Shown piece by piece: positions 54,568-64,000 of a stretch of DNA of 64,000 bases; positions within the stretch are counted from its first letter, which is position 1; every line of letters begins with the position of its first letter. The notes beneath the pieces were generated by a model, which did not search any database, was not told the origin of the DNA, and saw nothing but the letters and a program-made list of their open reading frames with translations. Origin of the DNA: Acidobacteriota bacterium (GTDB lineage: Bacteria > Acidobacteriota > UBA6911 > RPQK01 > JBOGJG01); NCBI GenBank assembly GCA_050747825.1, contig JBOGJG010000277.1, positions 9,791-73,790 of the forward strand, read 5' to 3'. Made by a program: the position numbers and the translations under genes.

Positions 54568-57500
54568 ATGCTGAAATTTGATTCTCTGGAACTCATTGGT
54601 TTTAAGTCCTTTGCGGAGAAAACCCGTATTGTTTTCAACGATCGGACTACGGCCATTATCGGGCCCAACGGCTGTGGCAAATCGAATCTTGCCGATGCCA
54701 TCGGATGGGTTCTGGGAGTCCAAAACGCCCGCAATCTGCGCGGCCAAATCATGGACGATGTCATCTTTAGCGGCACCGGAAAGCGAAAGCCCTCCGGATT
54801 TGCACAGGTGACGGTCACCCTGCGACGCACCGGAGAGGCCCCGATCCGAATCGGCCAGGAGGAGATCGACGGTAACACCCTGGAAATCGGCCGCAAGCTT
54901 TATCGCGACGGCGAGAGTATTTATCTGCTGAACCAGAGACGCTGCCGGCTCAAGGATATCCATGATTTTATGGATGAGGCAGGCCTCGGCTTTTCCTCCT
55001 ATGCCATGATTGCCCAGGGTAGGATTGAGTCCTTCCTGAGCGCCAAGCCACTGGATCGCCGGGCGATCATCGAAGAAGCGGCGCGGATCACCGGATACAA
55101 GAGCAAGCGGCGCAGCGCTGAGCTTAAGCTCGAGATGGCGCAGCAGAATCTCCTGCGCCTGAATGACATCATCCTGGAGGTTGAGCGCCAGCTTCGCTCC
55201 CTCAAACGTCAGGCCGGCCGTGCCAAACGGTACCGTGAGATCAGAGAGGAATACCGCCAGGCCCAGCGCCAGAAGTTTGTCCTGGAAGCGCAGTTCCTGA
55301 AGGCCAGCCTGGCGACACTGCAAACAGACCTCGATCACCTGCGAACTGCCCAAGAAGAACTGAAACAGGAGCTTGGCGCCTGTGAGCAAGCATACCGGGA
55401 AAGCACTCGAAAGCGCGATCAGTTGGAAACCTCACTGAACGATCTGCGCCAGCGGCGCTCGGAAATCCATCTGGAAATCGACCGTACAGAGAATTCCATC
55501 CGCTACAACCACGACCAGGTGGAGAACACGCGCCGGCAGTTGGAAGGGTACACGGAAGAGCAGAAGGCCCTCAGTCACGCCTTGCAGAAAAACGCGGAAG
55601 AACTGACTCGCTGTCAGGCTGAGCGCACCAACCTTCAGGCAGAAGAAAAGAAGGTGGAAGAGGCCAGGACAGGCCACAGTGAACTGCTCGAACGCTGCCG
55701 TCCCGAGGTCCAGAAGTCTGAATCCTATTTGGAAGAGCTTCGCGCAAATCTGCTGCGGCTCTCGGCCGAGATGGCTTCTCTAAACAATCAGGGCGAGCAG
55801 CTAGGGCAGCGGCTGGCTGACTCGTTTGCCCTCGAGGATCGCATCCAAAAGGAACTGGCTGATTATTCGGCCCGCCTGCAGGAGACCGCCGGTCGCCTGG
55901 GGCAGCTCAAGTCAGTGCTCGCCTGCAAGCGGACCGACCTGGCTAAGCTGAAGGCCGATTTGGAAAAGCAGGAGAGAGTCAAAGGCGGGCTGGAGGCTGA
56001 GCTCAAGGACGCACAGGCTGCGCTGGCTGAGAGCCAAAATCAGTTGATCGCCCAGCGGGAGAGGCTTCAGTCGCTGCAGGAAGTCGAACTCAGCCATTCG
56101 CAATATAGCGAGGGCGTCCAGAAATTGCTGAACCACCTCAGCCAGAACCAGTCGGTCAGGGCGGGAGGAACCCTGGCCGACTTCATCGAGACCAGCCCCG
56201 AATATGAGCGGCTGGTCGAGGAATTTCTGGACGAAGAGCTCGAGTACGTGCTGGTGGATTCTCTGGACGAAGCCCTCAGGGGAATAGCCGAGGTGAAGTC
56301 TCTCAAGGGAGCACGCTGCACTTTCTTAACTTTGAACTCCAGCAATGGATTCGACAAGCCCAGCGGCCACAGGGCAGATGTCCGTCCTTCCCAGGACGAA
56401 GGCATCCACGGCACGCTGGCCGATATTTTGCGTATGAAGCCGGAAGTCCAGGCGGCTTTCCATCGTGTGCTTCCCCAGAGCGCCGGGGCCATCATCGTGT
56501 CGGATCTCGACCGGGCCGTCCTGGCGGCGCACAACTATCCCGAATCGATTTTTATTACCCTGGAGGGAGAGACCCTCACACCGCGCGGGCTTCTGTCAGC
56601 CAGCGCAGGACAGCTCAAGAAGCTCGGCCTGCTGGGTCTCAAGAGACAGAAACGAGAGCTGGAGAAAAAGATCACGCACTTTCAGAAGGCTTTCGCCGGT
56701 CTGCAGGAGAAGGAGAAGGAGATCAGCGGCAAGCTCGAATCCGTGGTCCAGGCTCGGCTTCATGATCAGGAGCTGTATCACACACTGGACCGTGAGATCA
56801 TCTCGCTCGGTCACCAGCAGGAGCAACTCGATGCCGAGCATCAACGTGAGTCCAGGGCTGTGGAGCTTCTGGAGCAGGAACTGACCCAGCTCGAGGCCGA
56901 GCGCCAGCGGCAGGGCGAGCAGATCCAGGCCCTCGAAAAGCAGTTGAAGGAAAAGACTGAAGCTCAGGTCCAGACTGAAAAGATGCTCGCCCAAGAGCAA
57001 AGCTCACTTCAGGAGTTCCGGATGGAGTTCTCCCGTATACAGGAACAGATCCATGTCATTTCCTCTGACCGAAAGGTGATCCAGGAGCGCTGCCACGCTC
57101 TCGATCGCGCCTTCAATGGCATCCAGGAGCAGCGCTCCGGACTCGAATCCCGGCAGCAGTCAAACCAACTGGCTCGCGCTGAGGCCGAAGAGCGCCTCAG
57201 CGCTATAAAGCAGATGCTCGGCCAGCTCGAGGCGGATCTGAGCAGGCACCGGAAGGACCTTGAGTCGGCTGATGCCAAGCTGAATCAAGTGCACGAGGAA
57301 TACGAAAAATGGAAGAGCTTGCATCCCGAGATCGAAGAGCGCCTGGCCGGCCTTCGCGATCGCAAGATGGAGAGGCAGGAGCAGCGTTCCGGCTTGGATA
57401 TCGAGCGGGTCCGAACGGAGACCCAACTGCACAGCCTGGAGCAGCAGTGTCTGGAGCAGTTGCAGTTTTCGCTTCAGGAGGCCGCCTCTGGTTTTGAGTT

Positions 57501-58158
57501 CGAAGACCAGGACCTGGAGCAAGCCAACCAGACCTGCAGCGATTTGAAGAGCCGGCTGGACGAGTTCGGCCCTATTAATATGACCGCCCTCGAGGAATAC
57601 CAGGAGAACGAAGAACGCTACGAATTCCTTAGCCGGCAAAAGCAGGATATTGAGCAGTCGATCTCGGATACGACTCGGGCCATTCACGAGATCAATCGAC
57701 GCAGCCGCGAAAAATTCAAAGAGGCTTTTGAGGCCATCAACGGCTACTTCCAGACCGTTTTCCAGAAGCTGTTCGGCGGCGGCGAGTGCGGGATGCAACT
57801 GCTGGACGAGGAAGATCTTTTGGAAAGCGGAATAGATGTTTACGCCCAGCCTCCCGGGAAGAAGCTTCAAAACGTGATGCTGCTCTCAGGGGGTGAGAAG
57901 GCGATGACAGTTCTGTCCCTGCTGGTGGCGCTCTTTCATTATCGTCCCAGCCAGTTTTGCGTTCTGGACGAAGTAGACGCCCCACTGGACGAGGCCAATG
58001 TGAAACGCTTCACCGAACTCACCGGTGAAATGAGCCGCCAGATCCAGCTCATCCTGATTACCCACAACAAGAAGACGATGGAGGCGGCTGACGCGCTCTT
58101 CGGAGTCACCATGGAAGAGCCGGGCGTCTCGCAGGTCGTCTCGGTTAAATTCGACTGA
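54568..58158 (+). CDS. smc: Chromosome segregation protein SMC
   Basis: 1196 aa with N-terminal Walker A GPNGCGKSN, long coiled coils flanking a hinge, C-terminal signature LSGGEKAMTVLSL and Walker B VLDEVDAPLD. Confidence 0.9.
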   Translation: MLKFDSLELIGFKSFAEKTRIVFNDRTTAIIGPNGCGKSNLADAIGWVLGVQNARNLRGQIMDDVIFSGTGKRKPSGFAQVTVTLRRTGEAPIRIGQEEIDGNTLEIGRKLYRDGESIYLLNQRRCRLKDIHDFMDEAGLGFSSYAMIAQGRIESFLSAKPLDRRAIIEEAARITGYKSKRRSAELKLEMAQQNLLRLNDIILEVERQLRSLKRQAGRAKRYREIREEYRQAQRQKFVLEAQFLKASLATLQTDLDHLRTAQEELKQELGACEQAYRESTRKRDQLETSLNDLRQRRSEIHLEIDRTENSIRYNHDQVENTRRQLEGYTEEQKALSHALQKNAEELTRCQAERTNLQAEEKKVEEARTGHSELLERCRPEVQKSESYLEELRANLLRLSAEMASLNNQGEQLGQRLADSFALEDRIQKELADYSARLQETAGRLGQLKSVLACKRTDLAKLKADLEKQERVKGGLEAELKDAQAALAESQNQLIAQRERLQSLQEVELSHSQYSEGVQKLLNHLSQNQSVRAGGTLADFIETSPEYERLVEEFLDEELEYVLVDSLDEALRGIAEVKSLKGARCTFLTLNSSNGFDKPSGHRADVRPSQDEGIHGTLADILRMKPEVQAAFHRVLPQSAGAIIVSDLDRAVLAAHNYPESIFITLEGETLTPRGLLSASAGQLKKLGLLGLKRQKRELEKKITHFQKAFAGLQEKEKEISGKLESVVQARLHDQELYHTLDREIISLGHQQEQLDAEHQRESRAVELLEQELTQLEAERQRQGEQIQALEKQLKEKTEAQVQTEKMLAQEQSSLQEFRMEFSRIQEQIHVISSDRKVIQERCHALDRAFNGIQEQRSGLESRQQSNQLARAEAEERLSAIKQMLGQLEADLSRHRKDLESADAKLNQVHEEYEKWKSLHPEIEERLAGLRDRKMERQEQRSGLDIERVRTETQLHSLEQQCLEQLQFSLQEAASGFEFEDQDLEQANQTCSDLKSRLDEFGPINMTALEEYQENEERYEFLSRQKQDIEQSISDTTRAIHEINRRSREKFKEAFEAINGYFQTVFQKLFGGGECGMQLLDEEDLLESGIDVYAQPPGKKLQNVMLLSGGEKAMTVLSLLVALFHYRPSQFCVLDEVDAPLDEANVKRFTELTGEMSRQIQLILITHNKKTMEAADALFGVTMEEPGVSQVVSVKFD

Positions 58159-58162
58159 GAAA

Positions 58163-58456
58163 TTACTCTCCGGCTTCCCGGGTACCGGGTGCCCTTTGGG
58201 CGGCGTGCCGGTCTCCAGCCTTCTTAATCCCATAGCGCCTCATCTTATGGCTCAGAGAGTTGCGGTGGATGCCCATGCATTCTGCGGCGCGGCTCAGGTT
58301 GCCGTTGCTTTGCCGGAGCGCCCGTGAAATGAAAAGCTTTTCAAATTGTTCGAGCGCTTCGGGCCACAGAATCCCCTTGGCGACCATCTCATCGATTGCG
58401 TCTTCCAGAGCATCTTTAATCGGCAGCTTATTGTTGTGGCTTTTAGAAGAGTCCAT
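58163..58456 (-). CDS. Fis-family DNA-binding protein
   Basis: C-terminal Fis-type HTH (ALRQSNGNLSRAAECMGIHRNSLSHKMRRYGI). Start set at MDSSKS; the track ORF is 19 codons longer. Confidence 0.6.
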   Translation of the reverse strand: MDSSKSHNNKLPIKDALEDAIDEMVAKGILWPEALEQFEKLFISRALRQSNGNLSRAAECMGIHRNSLSHKMRRYGIKKAGDRHAAQRAPGTREAGE

Positions 58457-58549
58457 GTTGACGGTCAACTTTTTCTTGTACAACACCTCACCAATGATTG
58501 CCAGTGACAACAAACACAGGCTGACCCTCTCGCCATAAAAACAGAACCC

Positions 58550-58585
58550 CGGTCCGCGGTCCGCGGTCAGCAGTCCGCGGTCAGC
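58550..58585. repeat. Heptamer microsatellite (GGTCCGC/GGTCAGC)n at the purC 3' end
   Basis: cggtccgcggtccgcggtcagcagtccgcggtcagc. The GGTCAGC unit belongs to the same family as the 17203 and 47381 arrays. It encodes the last residues of the purC ORF. Confidence 0.75.
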
Positions 58586-59454
58586 TTCTTTCCGGTCAAA
58601 CGCCGGAAAGCCTCAAGGTAGCGATCTGACGTGGCCTCCAAGATCGACCGTGGAAGCTCGGGTCCAGGAGCTTTTTTGTCCCAATCCAGCGTCTCCAGAT
58701 AGTCGCGAATAAACTGCTTGTCAAAGGACGGCTGGGAACGGCCCGGCTGATACTGGTCTTCCGGCCAGAAACGCGAAGAATCGGGGGTCAGGGCCTCGTC
58801 AATCAGGAGTAGCCTGGAATCATCCCATCCAAATTCAAACTTGGTATCACAAATCATGATGCCGCGCCGGCTCGCGTAGTCACGAGCGCGCCCATAAATA
58901 CGGAGACTCGAGTCTCGAACATTCTCGGCCACTTCAGCTCCCACAGCCTCAACGGCTTGATCGAAAGTGATGTTCTCATCGTGGCCGCTGGCTGCTTTGG
59001 TAGCCGGCGTGAAAATCGGCTCAGGCAACTCTTCCGACTCTCGCAACCCCGGAGGCAGTTTGATTCCACAGATCGCTCCGGTCGCCTGATAATCCTTCCA
59101 ACCCGATCCGGCCAGATAGCCGCGCACGACGCACTCGATTGGAAGCGGCCGGCACTTGCGAACCAGCATCGAGCGTTGATCCAGCAATGCCTCAAAGGGC
59201 TGCAGCTCTTCTGGAAAATCCGATGTCTGGGCTGAAATGAGATGATTTTCAACCAGGCCCTCCAACTCTCCAAACCAGAAGACTGAAATCTGAGTCAGCA
59301 CCCTCCCCTTGTTCGGAATCGTGTTGGGGAGCACTACATCAAAGGCCGAGATTCGATCGGTAGCCACCATGAGGAGCCGCCCGCCCACTTCGAACAACTC
59401 GCGCACCTTACCCCGGCTGATTTTCTTAATTCCTGGTAGATCGAGCGTTTTCAT
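58567..59454 (-). CDS. purC: Phosphoribosylaminoimidazole-succinocarboxamide (SAICAR) synthase
   Basis: 295 aa colinear with purC (GKVRELFEV..., ...ICDTKFEFG...). Confidence 0.9.
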   Translation of the reverse strand: MKTLDLPGIKKISRGKVRELFEVGGRLLMVATDRISAFDVVLPNTIPNKGRVLTQISVFWFGELEGLVENHLISAQTSDFPEELQPFEALLDQRSMLVRKCRPLPIECVVRGYLAGSGWKDYQATGAICGIKLPPGLRESEELPEPIFTPATKAASGHDENITFDQAVEAVGAEVAENVRDSSLRIYGRARDYASRRGIMICDTKFEFGWDDSRLLLIDEALTPDSSRFWPEDQYQPGRSQPSFDKQFIRDYLETLDWDKKAPGPELPRSILEATSDRYLEAFRRLTGKKLTADC

Positions 59455-59553
59455 CTACTGTTCTGGGCCTGCGGTAAGGGATGATTCTAGCCTATGGCAG
59501 AACCCAAAAAAAGGACCTGGCCTCACCTTTATATCGATCTTATAGGTACGGCT

Positions 59554-59582
59554 TGACATGGCAAGAAGGAGGAGATACAATT
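59554..59582 (+). promoter_or_regulatory. Sigma70 promoter of groES-groEL
   Basis: TTGACA, 17 nt, TACAAT. The -10 overlaps the first bases of CIRCE. Confidence 0.7.
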
Positions 59583-59607
59583 AGCACTCGATTGGGGTGA
59601 GTGCTAA
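59581..59607. promoter_or_regulatory. CIRCE operator (HrcA binding site)
   Basis: TTAGCACTC-N9-GAGTGCTAA, a perfect consensus match, 75 nt upstream of groES. Confidence 0.9.
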
Positions 59608-59682
59608 TGGGACTTTTTAAAATACTGTAAGTTAAGCGTTTTTCTTTTAGTTCCTAAAAAAACCAAGAAAGGAGTGCACAAA

Positions 59683-59994
59683 ATGATTAGACCTCTACAT
59701 GATCGAATTTTAGTGAAACGGACCGAGAGCCAGCAGGAAGAACTTCGGGGCGGAATCGTAATCCCGGACACGGCCAAAGAAAAGCCCCAGGAAGGGGAAG
59801 TAGTGGCCGTGGGCGACGGCAAAGTCCTGGAAAACGGACAGAAGCTCGGAATGTCCGTGAAGGCCGGCGATACGATCCTCTTTGGGAAGTATTCCGGTAC
59901 GGAAGTCAAGATTGACGATGAAGATTACCTCATTATGCGCGAGGATGAAGTGCTGGGCGTCATCGTCGAAAAGAAGACCAAAGTAAAAGTTTAA
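59683..59994 (+). CDS. groES: Co-chaperonin GroES
   Basis: [13 protein letters not shown]...[31 protein letters not shown] upstream of the ATG at 59683. The track ORF starts 3 codons earlier on a GTG. Confidence 0.9.
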   Translation: MIRPLHDRILVKRTESQQEELRGGIVIPDTAKEKPQEGEVVAVGDGKVLENGQKLGMSVKAGDTILFGKYSGTEVKIDDEDYLIMREDEVLGVIVEKKTKVKV

Positions 59995-60017
59995 ATCCAC
60001 TTACGAAAGGAGTGTGA

Positions 60018-61661
<1,644 letters not shown>

Positions 61662-61799
61662 AGCAGCGGTAGCCCAGGGAGGCCAATGGCTTCGTTCTCC
61701 GCGCCCTTCGATTCTCGACGTAGCTTTGGCTACTCCTGCGGTCGAACGGCTTGTGCGGCCTCGCTCTCGGCCTCCCTGGTCCAGCGCGCAACACTTCCC

Positions 61800-61842
61800 G
61801 AGCAAGGCGGGCTCGCGCTGGCGGGCCCGCCTTGCTCTTTGT
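61800..61842 (+). terminator. Rho-independent terminator of the groESL operon
   Basis: GAGCAAGGCGGGC-(12 nt)-GCCCGCCTTGCTC followed by TTTGTCTG. Confidence 0.6.
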
Positions 61843-61863
61843 CTGCCTTCCTCTCAAAATGGC

Positions 61864-63453
61864 GTGGTGTCCAACCGCGCCACTCTCATTGCCTTTTCAG
61901 TAGTTATCATTTATCTCACCTTGTTTTACCAGCTGGGCGGACTGGCCTTAGTCGGCGCCGATGAGGCGCGTTATGCCCGCATTGCGGAAGAGATGAACCT
62001 CAGAGGCAATTATGTGACGCCTACTCTCGAGTTTCGACCCTGGCTGGAAAAGCCTCCTCTGCTTTTTTGGCTGCAGGCCGCCAGCTTTAAGCTCTTTGGA
62101 GTGAGCGAGTGGTCGGCGCGATTGCCTGTGGGGCTGACCGCTTTGCTGACATTAATGTGCTCGGCCCTGCTGGGGCTTGAACTGGGCGGCCGGCGCGCGG
62201 CCTACCTGACGATTTTGATCCTGGCGACTTCGCCTCTCTTTTTTATCTTTGGGCGCTCCGCCAGTACGGACATGCTTCTGACCGCCATGCTGACGGCTGC
62301 CCTGTTTTGCGGATTCAGGGCCGCCACCCGCCCTTCACCCTTGTGGGGCGCGGGACTCGGCGCCGCGCTGGCCCTGGCCACGCTGGCCAAAGGTCCAGTG
62401 GCGTTGATTCTGGCCGGAGGAATCTTTGTTCTTTACTTTCTTTTTGTCCGGAGATTTCCCTGGAGCTGGTCGCAAACGGCCCTCGCCCTTGTTTTTACGC
62501 TGGCCCTTGCGGTCCCCTGGTACTGGCAGATATGGGTGGAGAACGGCTATGACTTCGTGGCCACGTTCTGGCTGAACCATCACCTGGCGCGCTTTCTAAC
62601 CGATCTTCACCATCATTCTCAGCCCTTCTGGTATTTCCTGCCTGTCCTGATCGTTGGCTTTTTTCCCTGGACCTTTTTTTTGGGTTCCTCTGCATTCCGA
62701 GCCTGGAAGCTGAAGGTCGAATGGGTCTCAGACCGCTATTCTCATCTGCTTTTTTTATGGCTCTGGGTGCTTGTCCCTCTCCTTTTTTTCTCCTTGAGCG
62801 AGAGCAAACTGGCCGGCTACATCCTGCCTGTTCTTCCAGCACTGGCCCTTTTGGCCGCTCTCGAATGGGAACAGTACCTGAGTGGCGACCTGGTCGCCTA
62901 TCGCGCCATGAAGCCGCAGATGGCCGTCCTTAGCGCCTTTACTGTCCTTGTCATTATCGCTCTCATATTCGGCTTTCACTTCATCTATGATTCGATCACG
63001 GCGGGCGTTCTGGTGGCTCTTCCATTGGCATTCGCCATCGCGCTCGTCCGATACGAGTTTAGAAAGCGACAGCCGGCCCGGCTTTTCCTGACGCTTGTCG
63101 CCGGCATGAGTCTTTTCGCCGCGCTGGCGTTCTGGAAGGCTGCCCCTGTCTTCGAAGATTATCATTCGGCTCAGGATTTGTCGCTGGCGGCGCTCCCCCT
63201 GATTTCCCAGCAAGAACCCCTGGTCCTTTACCGCTACTTTCATCATACCGCCCAGTATTACACCGGGTATCAAACAACCCGGGAGGCGGTTCCGGATTTG
63301 CAATCTTTGCGGCGGTATAGGGCTGAGCACCCGCAGGATCGCTATTACGTCCTGACCCAGGAACCGGGTTGGCGGGATCTGCAGACCGTCTTTTCCACCC
63401 GCCTGCGGGAACAGCAGGGCAACTTGTACCTGGTTGAGTTGCAGGCAAAATAA
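61864..63453 (+). CDS. GT-C-fold glycosyltransferase (ArnT/PMT-like, family 39/83)
   Basis: Polytopic membrane protein with the first-loop motif DEARYARIAEEM and a Lys/Arg-rich cytoplasmic loop pattern typical of ArnT-like enzymes. The start is inferred at the GTG after the groEL terminator; the track ORF begins inside groEL. Confidence 0.6.
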   Translation: MVSNRATLIAFSVVIIYLTLFYQLGGLALVGADEARYARIAEEMNLRGNYVTPTLEFRPWLEKPPLLFWLQAASFKLFGVSEWSARLPVGLTALLTLMCSALLGLELGGRRAAYLTILILATSPLFFIFGRSASTDMLLTAMLTAALFCGFRAATRPSPLWGAGLGAALALATLAKGPVALILAGGIFVLYFLFVRRFPWSWSQTALALVFTLALAVPWYWQIWVENGYDFVATFWLNHHLARFLTDLHHHSQPFWYFLPVLIVGFFPWTFFLGSSAFRAWKLKVEWVSDRYSHLLFLWLWVLVPLLFFSLSESKLAGYILPVLPALALLAALEWEQYLSGDLVAYRAMKPQMAVLSAFTVLVIIALIFGFHFIYDSITAGVLVALPLAFAIALVRYEFRKRQPARLFLTLVAGMSLFAALAFWKAAPVFEDYHSAQDLSLAALPLISQQEPLVLYRYFHHTAQYYTGYQTTREAVPDLQSLRRYRAEHPQDRYYVLTQEPGWRDLQTVFSTRLREQQGNLYLVELQAK

Positions 63454-63473
63454 TGTAAGATCGTCCATTCGCT

Positions 63474-64000
63474 ATGGCTTTGCGGTTGTACAACACGCTG
63501 ACCCGACAAGTAGAAGAATTGAAACCGCTTAACGGGACGGAAGTCCGCATGTACACGTGTGGGCCTACGGTCTACGACTTTGCCCATATCGGAAACTTTA
63601 GAACCTATGTTTTTGCAGATGTGCTCCGAAGGTACATCCTTTACCAAGGCCTCCCTTTGAAGCACGTCATGAATGTCACGGATGTGGACGACAAGATCAT
63701 CGTCAATGCTCAGAAGAGCGGCCAGAACACTCGGGATTACACGCGGAAGTATGCTCAGGCCTTTTTCGAAGATATGGAGGCGCTGCGAATCCAGAAGCCT
63801 GAAGTGATGCCCTACGCCACCGACCACATCCCGGAGATGATCGAGATCATTCTAAAATTGCAGGAGAAGGGCTTTACCTACCAGAGCGAGGGGTCCACCT
63901 ATTATCGGATCAGTAATTTCAGTGAGTATGGCAAGCTCTCCCACATGGACCTGGCCGAGGGCAGGGCCCTGGGCCGAATCGATTCGGATGAGTACACGAA
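63474..64000 (+). CDS. cysS: Cysteinyl-tRNA synthetase (partial; N-terminal 175 aa)
   Basis: MALRLYNTLTRQVEELKP...MYTCGPTVYDFAHIGNFRTY carries the class-I HIGH motif and the CysRS N-terminal region. No stop before the window end. Confidence 0.85.
   Translation, partial: MALRLYNTLTRQVEELKPLNGTEVRMYTCGPTVYDFAHIGNFRTYVFADVLRRYILYQGLPLKHVMNVTDVDDKIIVNAQKSGQNTRDYTRKYAQAFFEDMEALRIQKPEVMPYATDHIPEMIEIILKLQEKGFTYQSEGSTYYRISNFSEYGKLSHMDLAEGRALGRIDSDEYT

Noticed and set aside
57160-57870. 236-aa minus-strand ORF inside smc
   Set aside because: Antisense to the smc coiled-coil region. Its leucine-rich composition is the mirror of the Glu/Leu/Gln-rich SMC frame.

Overview
This 64-kb window looks like a GC-rich (about 58%) stretch of ordinary bacterial chromosome, probably from an Acidobacteria-like soil organism, though that placement is inference. 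Housekeeping genes are spread along it: dnaG (C-terminal end beyond the window start), gnd, purC, smc, groES-groEL with a canonical CIRCE operator and sigma70 promoter, hemH, a heme A synthase, tRNA-Thr(CGU) and a partial cysS. I see no transposase, integrase, phage genes, CRISPR array or restriction/toxin modules. The rest is dominated by envelope and periplasmic functions: two ECF sigma/anti-sigma pairs, porin and OMP barrel genes, M16/M23/S55 peptidases, a sialidase-like BNR protein, PQQ dehydrogenase, Tat-exported oxidoreductases and a substrate-binding lipoprotein. The most notable items are: (1) a 672-aa radical SAM protein with the architecture of tetraether lipid synthase (Tes/GDGT-MAS-like); (2) a coupled FMN-binding/His-rich 4-TM/ApbE flavinylation module behind a porin with an unusually structured leader; (3) a dispersed family of GCTGACC-type heptamer microsatellites that form C-terminal tails on several genes and flank a decayed histidine-kinase remnant; (4) an unannotated 38-codon Lys/Ala-rich ORF with a strong ribosome-binding site. 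All functional calls come from motif and architecture recognition by eye, with no database searches run.
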